Shown: positions 50,731 through 64,000 of the stretch, piece by piece
Numbering within the stretch: position 1 is the first letter of the stretch
How the letters are laid out: each line of letters begins with the position of its first letter
Source: the human T2T-CHM13v2.0 reference genome, Homo sapiens
Reading direction: 5' to 3' (one strand)
DNA: 64,000 nt
Assembly (NCBI RefSeq): GCF_009914755.1
Contig: NC_060926.1
Translations under genes and position numbers: made by a program
The notes under the pieces: model-generated
Database searches by the model: none
Told to the model about the DNA's origin: nothing
The model's input: the letters and a program-made list of their open reading frames with translations, nothing else

Positions 50731-52971
50731 TTGTATTATTAATTACAATAATTGGTAAGTCTCTATCTACTTCAACATATAAATTTAAAGTTGACTGCCA
50801 ATACACATCTTTAGGCAACTTAGCTCCAATTGCATTTTAATAGAATTTCAATGATATAATAGAAGCTACATCTATATAAGTTTTAAAGTATATTAAAGGT
50901 AATGCTAGAGGACTTTTAATTCAGGATAAGATATAGTCTATTGTTCTGTCTTTTGAAACTAAATAATTTTTATATGAAAGGTGTTTATGGAGCTATGGAT
51001 TTAAATTCTAAATACTGTAGATGATAAATAGAAAAGAAGATATTGATGACTGACACAAATTTAAATTTTGGTTTAAATTAAATAGCATATACAAACACAC
51101 ACTTCTTTATAACACTGGGAAATCAAATATATAACCTGATACATTAAAATATAGATTAATATTATTTAAATTTAATTGTACTAGCAAAACCACTTAAGTA
51201 ATATAATTTAAAAAACAGTTTCTCATTTACAGGGCATCGTTTTATCTTTTTACATGAGTTTTATATCATATTAAAATCGTTTTTAGGCTTTAAGTGATTT
51301 TATTATAATATAATACTTGTGTAAAAAGATAAAATGATGGGCAAGGAATTTTTTTCTCTATTCTTATTGATAATAAATATATTTAGAAACTGTTCCATAA
51401 CTAGAAAAGGTACAATTTTGCCCTTCTGGAAAATTATTATCATTACCATTTAGGAAATGGAGTTATGCATATCTCTTAAAAGATTTCTATAGCACTTTAA
51501 GTCAATAAAAAATATTATTTGAAAATTTGTGTCAACTTAATGCATTGGCCAAAACACTATAATCCTTTGATATATAATTAAAATAAAGCACTAAACATAC
51601 AGTGTTAATAATTGTGTAATTATTAAAAGACTAAAAAGGAAAAGAAAATTTATAGAAAAAAACTTGCTCTTGAAAAGTAATTTTGATTAAATTTTAGTTA
51701 TCACAATTTGTTTTGACAACACACAAAATTCTGCCAATAGTCAACACACATTTCAGGAGAAATATGTAGATAATTATGATGACTTCCTGAATAATTAACC
51801 CTGAAATCCAGAGTGTCATCCTTTGACATGAGTTCTAATTGTAAAGGAAAAGTGATGGAAGCTGACAATTATGCAATAAGATGACTTAGAAAGCTTTTTT
51901 ATCATAATTAATCGTTGACCTTAATCACAGCATCTTGCCATTTTTGTCACGTATCTTTAGAATTCAGTAAAAATCATGAGGATGATCTGTGTCTGTGATC
52001 AGAATATTTATTCAGGAAACACTAAAAAGAATACTATGTAAAGATGCACTTTTAAGTGTGAATGTGAAAAAGAAGATGATTGACTGTCTTAAGGAAGCTT
52101 AAAATCTAGTAGAAGAGGTCATACAACAATAGACACATTATTCCTAACAGAAATAATGTAATAAGTGGCATACAAACGATAAACATTTTGGAATTATTGA
52201 TGTGAGTAGATAATTACTTCCTGCTGAGGAAAATGGGGGGGATTTGGGGATAGTATATGTTTGTGATTATTAAAAATGTGAAGATGTAAACAAATTAAAG
52301 AAAGGTAAAATCAAAGTGAAAGGAACAGAACCAAGAAAACTTGAGTACTTTCTAGAAATTGTCTTTGTGGATGGATGCATTATAGTAAGAGAAAGGCAAG
52401 AAAACCACTTTGCTGTGAAGATTGGTAGATCTTGAATGTTGGGATTATCTCTCAGTATATTGTTTAATAGACAATGTAAGAAAATAAGGGGGAAGAAAAG
52501 TTGTGGCTTTATATTTAATTTAAATAATTAGTTTTATGTCATTATCTTCATATAATTAGTGTCTCTGTGAATTATACACAGAAACTAATTATTCAGCATT
52601 TACTTCCAGGATGACTTCTGCCTACAGCTTTTAAAATCTGCTGTTAGCCCACAATTGACTATTGTTTCCAAGCATAATCACCAGTGGGTAATATTTGAAA
52701 GACATTGTTAGACAATTTACAAAGAGCCATGAAGAATTTCTACTTACTGTTTTTTAATCTTCATATTTTTTAAAAATGCAGATTTAATATGAGCTAAATT
52801 TTAGCCTTTACCATAGGTTTTTCAGCCAATGGAGAGATCCAGAAGCAACTTTGAATTACATTTTTTTCTATACCTTTTTCCACTTGGTTATTTTAACAAA
52901 TCCTTTTGAACTTTACAATACTTTTCAAAATCACATCTAGGTTCTTAAATTTCTAATACACTTGTATCCTG

Positions 52972-53130
52972 AAATATATATATATATATTATATATATAT
53001 TTAATATATATATTATATATATTTAATATATATATTATATATATTAAATATATATATTATATATTTAATATATATAATATATATATTTAATATATATAAT
53101 ATATATATATTAAATATATATATAATTTTT
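52972..53130. repeat. 159-bp pure A/T interrupted (TA)n minisatellite (~20-24 bp units)
   Basis: No G or C; TA runs punctuated by TT, TTTAA, TTAAA and AA. Confidence 0.95.
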
Positions 53131-53365
53131 CTTGAGCTTCTGAAGAAACTCACATTTTGCCTAGATAATGCTTTAGGAAAGATATTTGTTCTTCTTTTCC
53201 TTTAGGTTTATTCAACTTAAGATTATGAGACGTAACTTGAATTTTGAGGTTGTATGAGACCTCATATAAAATGTAGCGAAACTATAATACTGAGAAATAT
53301 TGGTTGAGTATATATTTCTATAATTGCATAAATGAGAGATCAAGTAGAATTGCATATAGGAATGA

Positions 53366-55130
<1,765 letters not shown>

Positions 55131-56902
55131 GCTGCATCTCTTAATAGCATCTCTATTCTTATCCCTGCTAAAAAATAATTTAGCATAGTTGCTTTACTCT
55201 GTAAAGCTATGAGGTATGAAATTGAGTTTACCGGGGGAAAAGGAGGATATAAATTTGGCATGGAAAGAAAGAACAGGAAAGTTGTTCCATATTTTTGGGA
55301 ACAACCAGAGTTGCCAAGATGGATGGAGTTGAAATCCAGGAAACAATTTTTCTTCATATTCTAGCAACTCAGCAATTACTGGGAAGCACAAAGTCTTCAG
55401 ATCCAGAGGGCCTTTGGTGCATGTGTTCATATATGAATGGCCCAATTGCTGTGTATGGTTGATTATCATGACTTTTAAATTGTTGACAAATAAATTCTAC
55501 TGCTATTTTTACAAACATTTTTTGATTTATGGAAAAGAAGAGCTCACCTTGATATAGGTTAAATATTCACCAGCTATAAGTGTAAGGTTTTGAGAGGAGC
55601 TACTAAATCTAAATGTTGTTGATTTATTACTCTCTAAACCTGGGTATTAGTGATATTTTTAAAAAGACAATAAAATTGGAAGTATGAACATTAATTAGCA
55701 CATATATATGTGAAATGATAGGCACATTTTTACTTGTTTGTGGCAATGGAAATTTAGTCTTCAACAAAACAAAGTCCCAGCTATTCTCAAGGAGTTTACA
55801 TTCTACTAGAATACATTGAATTCAAGATAGATTAATATGGATGCTATTCAATCACTTACTGCCGGTCTTCTTATTTCTTGAGCTAAAATGATTGTACAAC
55901 TCTATCGAGAAAAATATATTTTCTATTTTTATAGATATTCCTCATGCACACCACTTCCAGTGAATATTGTTCTGATAATTGTTTTTATTAAACCAATTCA
56001 GAAACCATATATTTTATGTACATAAGAAAGGAAGCTAATAAGATTCAAACACATACTGTGCTAAATTCTTTAGCTATATATGTAAATTAAGGAGTATTGA
56101 GAAATGCTACTTTCTTCTGGATGCCATCGTCAATTGCCTGACTGTGCTAACAAAGCAACAGTAGGAAAGAGATCTAGTTTCACATCTTGAGCAACAGCAA
56201 CACAGTAGTCCTTTATTGAATAAAACTGCAGGAACAACATTGTACTGAAAATATTTTCTGAAACCACAATTCAGTTTTTTTCCTGAAAGACATTTGCAGC
56301 TTTTCTTGCAAGTCAATTTATACCATTAGAGAGAAAATGAAGCTCAAACTTTGTCGTATTATATGGCTAACACAGGACAGTTTTATATGTGTATATATAG
56401 ACTTAAGCAATTCCCTATAAATATATATATAAACACTGGTTGAATTGCTTCAGTCTTTACAGATTTTTGATTTATATTCAAGCTTAGTAATTAGGTAGCT
56501 ATTTCTTTTTCTGTTATTCCTTTGCCTTGGTGGTAATTGCTCTCCTTTCTTTTTGAAAGAGTGAGTACAATGTGAGAGAGAATCATGCTAATGTTTAGAG
56601 AAACTTAGAGAACAAAGGAGAGAATATCTCAGTGGTATTTGAGTCCCCATATTCTGTTCAGTTATATATGATGTATACAGTTATCTTTGTCTTTCCTGTG
56701 GTTGACTCCTTCCTTAGATTATATGAACTAATACATTCTTTTTCTTCACTCAATCTCATTTGAATTTTTTTTTTACTTGTGACCCAAAATATTGAGGAAT
56801 AGAAAGATGTTTGAATTTTATGAAAAGACAAGCGAATATTTACTGATAAAACGTTTAATTCAAGAAAAGTCCATCACAAACTTAAAAAAAATACTGTGAG
56901 AA

Positions 56903-57208
<306 letters not shown>

Positions 57209-57224
57209 TTACTGTGAGAAGGTG

Positions 57225-57530
57225 ACGTAACATGAGACCTACACTCTTAACAGATTTTTAAGAGTGAAATCGTATTGTTATCTGATAGGCACTAGGTTAT
57301 ACATCAGATATCTAGTACTTATCTTGCATAATTGAAATTTTATACATGTTGATTAGCCACTCCCTCTTTCACCTTGCTTTATCCCCCGGCAACCATTATT
57401 CTATTCTTTGCTACTGTGAGTTTCACTTTTTTAGATACCTCATATAAATAGAACCATGTAATAGCTGTCCTTGTATGACTGGCTTTTTCACTTAGCCTAA
57501 TGTTCTCAAGGTTCATCCGTGTTGTTTCAT
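57225..57530 (-). mobile_element. L1MA/L1MB 3' end fragment
   Basis: aacatgagacctacactcttaacagattttt...ggcaaccattattctattctttgct...tttagatacctcatataa. Confidence 0.8.
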
Positions 57531-57769
57531 AATGATCATTAAAAAGAAAAAAAAATCCATCCTAATAAATGTTTAGTTTAAAAATGAATGTATGTAACAT
57601 GAAATGTGGTTTAAGGGGGACATAATTAGCAACAGTTTCACCAATTGATGCAATAATCCAGCTGAGCAATATGCAGCAACAGAGAATGGTAGTGGCAGTG
57701 GTAATAGAGAGCAAGGGGAAGATCTAGAAATATTTAAGTGATAAAGTTCACAGAGAATTATGAAAAATG

Positions 57770-59285
57770 GACTCCATAAAGCCAGTGGGAACCAGGCACA
57801 GGTGGAAGCCTTGCCCTCTTCCAAGTTATCAGGATGAAAGCCTCACCCTCTCAGGTGCATCTGCAAACCCACACATCCCTGCGCTCTTGGGGGCCTGGGA
57901 AGTCCCCTCCTCTCACAGACTCAAAAGTGCTTCCTCCTGCTGCCTGGACTCTCCTCGCTTCTGGTGCACTTCAATTTCAGAGCAAAGTTAAAGCTGAGCC
58001 CGGGTGCTTATGTGACCCAACCAGGTATGCGAGCATTTGGAGCAGTGCTGACATGCCAGACCCCTACTGCCTCGGCCCCATCAGGGCTTTCAGCACCAAC
58101 AAGCACAGGAGAAAGTCTGAGGGGGACAGAGTACAGCTCAGCACGGGCCTGCAGGTGCCCCTTGGAATGAATAGCCTTGGCACCATGGTCACTGTAGATG
58201 GCAGGATGATGGGAGCAGGAGGTAGACAGGCTCCTGGACAGAAAAGGGGTGCATCCCCAGTGAAGCCCCAACTTCAAGCCAGGGATGACCTGAAGCCTGG
58301 GGCCAGGCTGCAAGTTCCTCAGACCTGAGTGAGAACTTATGCTGCTTTTTCCAGGCTTGCCCACGGCTGTCCATGGACCAATCTGCATGCACTTCCACCC
58401 ATCTAAAGCCCATAAAAACCCTGGACTCAGCCAGACTTGGGCAGATGATGGGATGTCTTTTCTGTAGATAGGAGCTGCTACCCACTTCAGGTCTCCCCTC
58501 TGCAGAGGGCTGCACAGATGATGGGGTGACCTGCCTGCAGAAAGGAGCTACCCATTCCAGGTTTCCTCTCTTCTGAGAGCTGAACTCTTTGGGATGACCT
58601 GCCTGCAGAAAGGAGCTACCCACTTTGGGTCTTCTGAGAGCTTTACTGTTGCTCAATAAAGCACCTCTTCACTTTGCTCATCCTCCAGTCTTCCACATAC
58701 CTCATTTTTCCTGGGACAAACTTGGGACCTACTGAAGGCCACGGCTAAAAGAGCTGTAACACAAACGGCACTGAAACATGCCCCTTGCTTGCCACATTGT
58801 GGGTGACAAAAGGAGAAAAGAGAGAAAGAGAGAAGAGATGCAGCCCTTTGAGAAGCCCAGACCTAGGAGATCCCCAAGCCAGGGCCGTGACACCCACTTT
58901 GGGATTCTGCAGTTCCCAGTGTCTTTAAGCTTCCAGGCACCCCCATATTCCCTGGTGCCAGCAGTGGAACCACTTGTAGTACAACTGGTCCAGATGTAGC
59001 TTTGCAGGGAGCCAACATGCATGCTGGCACTAGAGCTGCCCTCCCTGATGCAGCCCGTGTGCAGTGGCTGGACCCTGTGTTCACTTGCTCATGAACTCCT
59101 CGCCACTCTGTACCTGGTTCACCCTTGGCAGCTGTGGGATCCAGGCTGCTAGTGCAAGCTGAGTGCAGCTTGCCAGGCTGTGTGGACAGAATGAGTCCAG
59201 TGGGCCTGTGCAAAACTTGAGCAAAGGCACCACCAGCCACAGATGTTTCAGGATGGCAAAGCAACACCCCAAGGATCCCGTGACA
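57770..59285 (+). mobile_element. MER52-family (ERV1) LTR, apparently 5'-truncated
   Basis: GC-rich island with three internal gggatgacctgcctgcagaaaggagctaccc-type repeats (58450-58640), TATA-like cataaaaa (58411), aataaa (58655) and end caccccaaggatcccgtgaca. Confidence 0.85.
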
Positions 59286-59384
59286 AAATGTTACAGAATA
59301 TGAAATATGTGGGATAATAAGAACAGAATGTTGAGTAAAAGCCACATTTAAAAAGCAAGTATAATGTTCTTCAGATCCATCTGG

Positions 59385-59700
59385 GGGAATAAACCAGACA
59401 CAGAAAGACAAATACTATATGGTTTAATTTATATGTAGATTCTAAAATACTCAAACACAGGGAAGCATAGAGTAGAATGGTGGTTACCAGAGGCTGCTAA
59501 AAGGGGGAAATGGGGAGATGATGGTCAAAGGGTACAAACATTCAGGTATTAATAGGGGTGTGAGGAAACTGGGAGGTGATAGATGTGTTAATAGCCTGAT
59601 GACGGTGATGGTTTCATAGGTTTATCCTCAAACACATTGAGTTGCATACATTATCAGGCTTTTTACATGTTAATAATACTGCAATAAATTGTTTTTTAAA
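59385..59700 (+). mobile_element. L1MA/L1MB 3' end fragment
   Basis: ccagacacagaaagacaaatact...gagtagaatggtggttaccagaggctg...ggtcaaagggtacaaac. Confidence 0.8.
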
Positions 59701-60003
59701 AGCAAGCAAGCAAAAAAAAAAAGCAGATTGGTCAGAGATGTAGAAAAATGAGACTTGAAGGTATTTTGGAAATCAAAGACTAGTTTCCCACAGGAAAAAA
59801 TAATTAACTGTAAAGAGCTGTAGATACAAAAGTGATACCCACATTATTTAAAAAAAAGGTGGAGGGGACGCTAAAGAAATGTACAAAATCATGGTAATAT
59901 ACAAAGTACCAGTGCACAATACTGGACTGGAAAACACAAGACTTCATTTTTTTCTCCTTGCCTTGTCTTTAATTAGTTGTATGATATCTAATAAACCTCT
60001 AAT

Positions 60004-60590
60004 TGTTGGGGAAACCAGCCTCACACCACCCGGCCGGTACCCCGAGTCCGGCAGAGACAAAGGAGTTAGAAAGAGACAGAATAAGTGTTTAAAAGGCTGA
60101 TCCAGGAGTCCGGAGCGTAGGAGGCTTGCTCAGGGCCCAGAGCTCTTCAGCTCCACCTAATTTATTGGTTTACAAACTCTTCGTTCTTAGGGCAGATGGG
60201 AGGGGTAAGAAGGGATGAGGAAAAGGATTAATCTCTGAAGGAGAACTTGTGAGTCATTCAAGAAGTGGTATAGCAGTGGTGGTTTCTGTGAATTTCCTCA
60301 AGCAAAGGTGTGTGTCTAAACTACTTAAGATCTTTAACTTATGGGGACTGAAATGGGTGGGAATGGGTTTCAGGAGGAGCCAAGATGTTTGATTATACTC
60401 TACTGCTTCAAGGGAGTGTTATCTCCCTGAGCAACCTGTGGAATGCCGTGGAGTGGTTATGTTCTCTGGGCATAAAGACATGAAGGCAATAAGGAGACTT
60501 TTCTCCTCACAGGCCGCCCATGGCTCCCCATGGGTGTCTCACACAGGGGAGGCTAACTCATCTGGTACCCCAGAAACTCTCTTTCCCACA
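60004..60590 (-). mobile_element. LTR14B-like (HERV-K14, ERVK) solo LTR inserted in a MIR relic
   Basis: Reverse complement begins tgtgggaaagagagtttctggggtaccagatgag; TG...CA termini; TSD ctaat (59999-60003, 60591-95). Confidence 0.88.
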
Positions 60591-60789
60591 CTAATCATCT
60601 CTGAGGTGTGGGTGGTATGAAAAGAAAGATGACCTAGGTGACTTAAAAATTTATTACAACTTTACATTCCCATAGTTCTATTTTTTTTTCAAAATTTACT
60701 GTTCTAGAGAATAGCAAAATTTATTTGAATATTATATCTTTATAACACACACTAATGTTTAGCCCCTTACTAGTTTATCCAAAAATTTT

Positions 60790-61515
60790 CATTGCTTACT
60801 TTAAACTAAACCAGTGCCAGATACTGAGGATATGGCAAGGAACAAAATAAACTTTCAGGGTTTATTTTCCTTAAAAGCTGGTGGAAGATAATAACAGTAA
60901 GCTAACAATCACACAAAAATACTAAAATAAAAATGATATAATGAAATGTAATTAGAACCATGTGATATGCAAGGACATAACAGGGAACAATTTATAATAG
61001 GTTAAAGAATAAAGTTACATTTGATCAAATACCAGAAGATGAGTAAGAATATGTCAAGTGAAAACACTGGGAAGAGAGAAGGTCCTAGATAGTAAGATAT
61101 GTGTGGCAATAATGGTGTGACAGAAGCAGTGTGAACAAAAAGGACTTGGCTTGAAAAGGCTGGGGATATTCCAGGACAAGAGCATGTTGAAATCTGTCAG
61201 TTGTATTTAAAATCACAAACATAATCTTTAGTTGATTTTAAAAAAACAGCCATTTGTAGGCTTTTAAATCCAAGAATAATGTGATTCCATTTGTATTTTT
61301 CAAAAGCACTCTGGTTATTTTAAAAAGGAAAGTCTGGCTGGGTGCAGTGGCTCACGCCTGTTATCCCAGCATTTTGGGAGGCCGAGGTGGGCGGATCATG
61401 AGGTCAGGAGATCGAGACCATCCTGGCCAACACAGTGAGGAGGCCGAGGTGGGCGGATCATGAGGTCAGGAGATCGAGACCATCCTGGCCAACACAGTGA
61501 AACCCTGTCTCTACT

Positions 61516-61557
<42 letters not shown>

Positions 61558-62070
61558 TAGCCGAGCATGATGGCGGGCGCCTGTAGTCCCAGCTACTCAG
61601 GAGGCTGAGGCAGGAGAATGACGTGAACCTGGAAAGCGGAATTTGCAGAGAGCCGAGTTTGCGCCACTGCACTCCAGCCTGGGCGACAGAGAGAGACTCC
61701 GTCTCAAATAAAAAAAAAAAAAAAAGGAAAGTCTGAGGAAAGTGGGAGTAGATGTTTAAAGAGGTTTTGTCACGTTAGTGAAGTAGAAGAGATGGGAAAT
61801 GAAGGCAGCTTGGGGTAAGGTGATAGTAGTAACAATGAGAAAAAGAAGGCCTGCTTGAGATACAAGCAGAATAAAAGAAAATAGCAGGACTCGGTGACAG
61901 ACTGGGTGTGAACAGAGTGTGAGACTGAGGTGTAAATAATGACGCCCGGATTTCTACTCCTGAAAAATGAAAATGTCATTTACTGGGATTGAAAGCTTTG
62001 GGGAGAGGATTGCATTTAGAGGAGTAGATCATAAATTCAGTTGTAAATACATTAAATTTGAATTGTTAAT
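60790..62070 (-). mobile_element. L2 LINE fragments flanking an Alu
   Basis: cagtgccagatactgaggatatggcaaggaacaaaa; gcaggactcggtgacagactgggtgtg; gtagatcataaattcagttgtaaatacattaaatttga. Confidence 0.65.
61336..61720 (+). mobile_element. Alu (AluY/Sc-like) with 62-bp internal tandem duplication and (AC)n linker
   Basis: 14-bp TSD aaaaaggaaagtct (61322-35, 61721-34); duplicated 61377-61438 / 61439-61500; (AC)~18 at 61519-61554. Confidence 0.95.
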
Positions 62071-64000
62071 TGCACCTTGTCAATTTTTCTGGCTTGTCTA
62101 TTTTTCCCAAATATATTGTTTTGCACTTAGCAGTTGTTGAACTTTATTTTTTTGTTTATTTAATATCCTAAACTTTGTAAAATTAACTTTATCAAACAAG
62201 TTAATATGCATTCACTTTAAATCAATTTTCTTTTAATTTCACAGATCAAAAAATATATGTTTAAATAGTCTTCACAAATAAAAATCCAAACAGCATAGAT
62301 GGAAACTCTATATGATGATCATAGTGATAACCATTTTGGATTTATGTGAATTATAACAGGCCTCATGATTTTTTATTACTATTGTGAGAATATTAATGAA
62401 AAATACTGTGAAATATTGCATATTTGCCTATATTATGAAATAAGTCAGATAATGACATTTTTATCATCAATTATTATCTAAAAATGGTTTCATGTAACTC
62501 CATTTAAACAGTTAATTTTTAAAAGGCATTCTTCCAGTTCATACAATTTATTGATAAGTAAAAACCTATACATAAATCTTAGTGCATTTAGGATTTACCT
62601 TCACAAACAAAAGTAGCTTTGTATTTTTGCCTATCTTATTATTAGTTTAAGTTTTTATTTTGTTTCTTTTTCTTTCTAGACTATCAAAATTTGTAATTCA
62701 AATTTGGACAGAATTTATTTAGAGTTTTTACTTTATTTTCTACATCAGGCAAAAAGCTGTTTACTCATATAATACTGCAAGTTGCTGCTTTGTTGAGTAC
62801 ATTAGATACTGCATGTACAAGCCTTAGGGTTTGTTTTGATTTCAACACTTGGTCTCTTGGTTGAAAGTCAAATAAAAATCAAATTAGATTTTTTTTTATT
62901 GTTGTCAAGGTTTCTCAATCTTCTTTATCCCAGCCTCTATTCTACCTCATCTATGTGTGAATTTGTATTAGTTGAGTGCCAGAAGCTAAACTTTAAAAGG
63001 AAATAAAAATTTAATTGCTTTATTGTGTCTGTCTGTTTCAACTATCTTGAATCTCTACTACCTGTTATTAGTTGAAGAAAAATGCTATCATTTTTTCTGC
63101 TCTTTTTCTCACCTCTGTACCTCACATGAGTACTGAAAGAGAAATAAACACCAACTAAAGCAAGCAGTTAGTACAAATGCTGAAACTCATGGTGTGCCCT
63201 GCTTTATTCAAGAAAATTGCTAATGCATGCCACCACTACACTAAAATAGTAAGAGTGAAAATACTCAGGGAACACAAAGTACTGGAGTGAAAGGGCAGAA
63301 GAAGGAAGAAATAATTTTTAAATAAAGAATGCCAAAGCAAGTGCGTATGGTGCCTGATAGATTTTGTTGAACTTAGCGTGGTGAAATAAAGTGATGCCAG
63401 TTACAAATTAATAATATATGGGAAAACATAGCATTCTAAAATTATGCTATTAAATACCTGCATAAGCCACAAACTCCTGATATTTTTCATTGTCAAATAA
63501 CTCATTGTATTTTATTGATGACCTAATTTTGTGGGCAAGTAATAATGGGTACTATTTAAGTATAGAAAATAGTAAACATTCAGACCTTCATTTTTCTCAA
63601 TAATTTAATTTGTAAATAAGACTTTGCTTTTATTTTTCCAGTAAACAGAATGTCACAGAATATCTCTAGTATATTAGCCTTCATGGAACAAAACAAAATA
63701 TCTTTAAAATTTGATGACAATTTACTTTTTATTTTTATTTTTTATTTTTTTTGTGAAATGGTTGAGGGAGATTGAGATAGTTTAGAGCTAATGTACTATG
63801 AAAATATTTTTATGACAGAATATCTGGTTTCCTTCTACCAACATTCTGTATTCACTTCTTTCCAAGTTACAGGAAATAGGCTGTTGTAATATTATGAGGG
63901 TATGGCACCAGCACAACAAGGTGACCCTCAGTGAGTGACTTCTTATATAATTCCCTATTTTTGAGTATAGGTAGTTCTGTAATTTACTTCTAGGCAATAG

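Noticed and set aside
58450-58640. Three spaced ~30-bp direct repeats superficially like a CRISPR array
   Set aside because: Internal tandem repeats of the MER52 LTR; the intervening sequences are similar to one another, the context is eukaryotic and there are no cas genes
57767-59411. Cluster of the longest ORFs (126-182 aa) on both strands
   Set aside because: They lie largely within the GC-rich MER52 LTR where stop codons are rare; they overlap each other and show no recognisable domain
62220-63660. Several polypyrimidine-AG acceptor-like sites
   Set aside because: Expected in T-rich DNA; no open frame or matching donor supports an exon

Overview
This is not a prokaryotic or accessory region. 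It is AT-rich, CpG-depleted primate genomic DNA, almost certainly human because it carries an AluYa5 with all five diagnostic positions. It reads as gene-poor intergenic or deep intronic sequence. I can support no protein-coding gene, RNA gene or CRISPR array; the ORFs in the track are short and are either transposon remnants or chance ORFs. Much of the window is interspersed repeat. A degenerate ERVL-type provirus on the minus strand still shows reverse transcriptase motifs and has been interrupted by an LTR8, a near-full-length old L1PA carrying a THE1 LTR, and a full-length Tigger1 carrying an Alu. There are also several MaLR solo LTRs, MER52 and LTR14B LTRs, L1M/L1PA fragments, seven Alus, L2/MIR relics, a Charlie hAT fragment and microsatellites. 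The structures not explained by repeat families are a ~135-bp, ~96% identical inverted repeat around a 679-bp spacer (49.1-50.1 kb), a 26-bp fold-back hairpin (44.1 kb), an Alu with a perfect 62-bp duplication of its B-box region, a 159-bp pure A/T quasi-palindrome and a 48-bp tandem duplication. I see no convincing evidence of a novel biological system. Subfamily calls are from recalled consensus sequences, not from a database run, and the boundaries of old elements are approximate.
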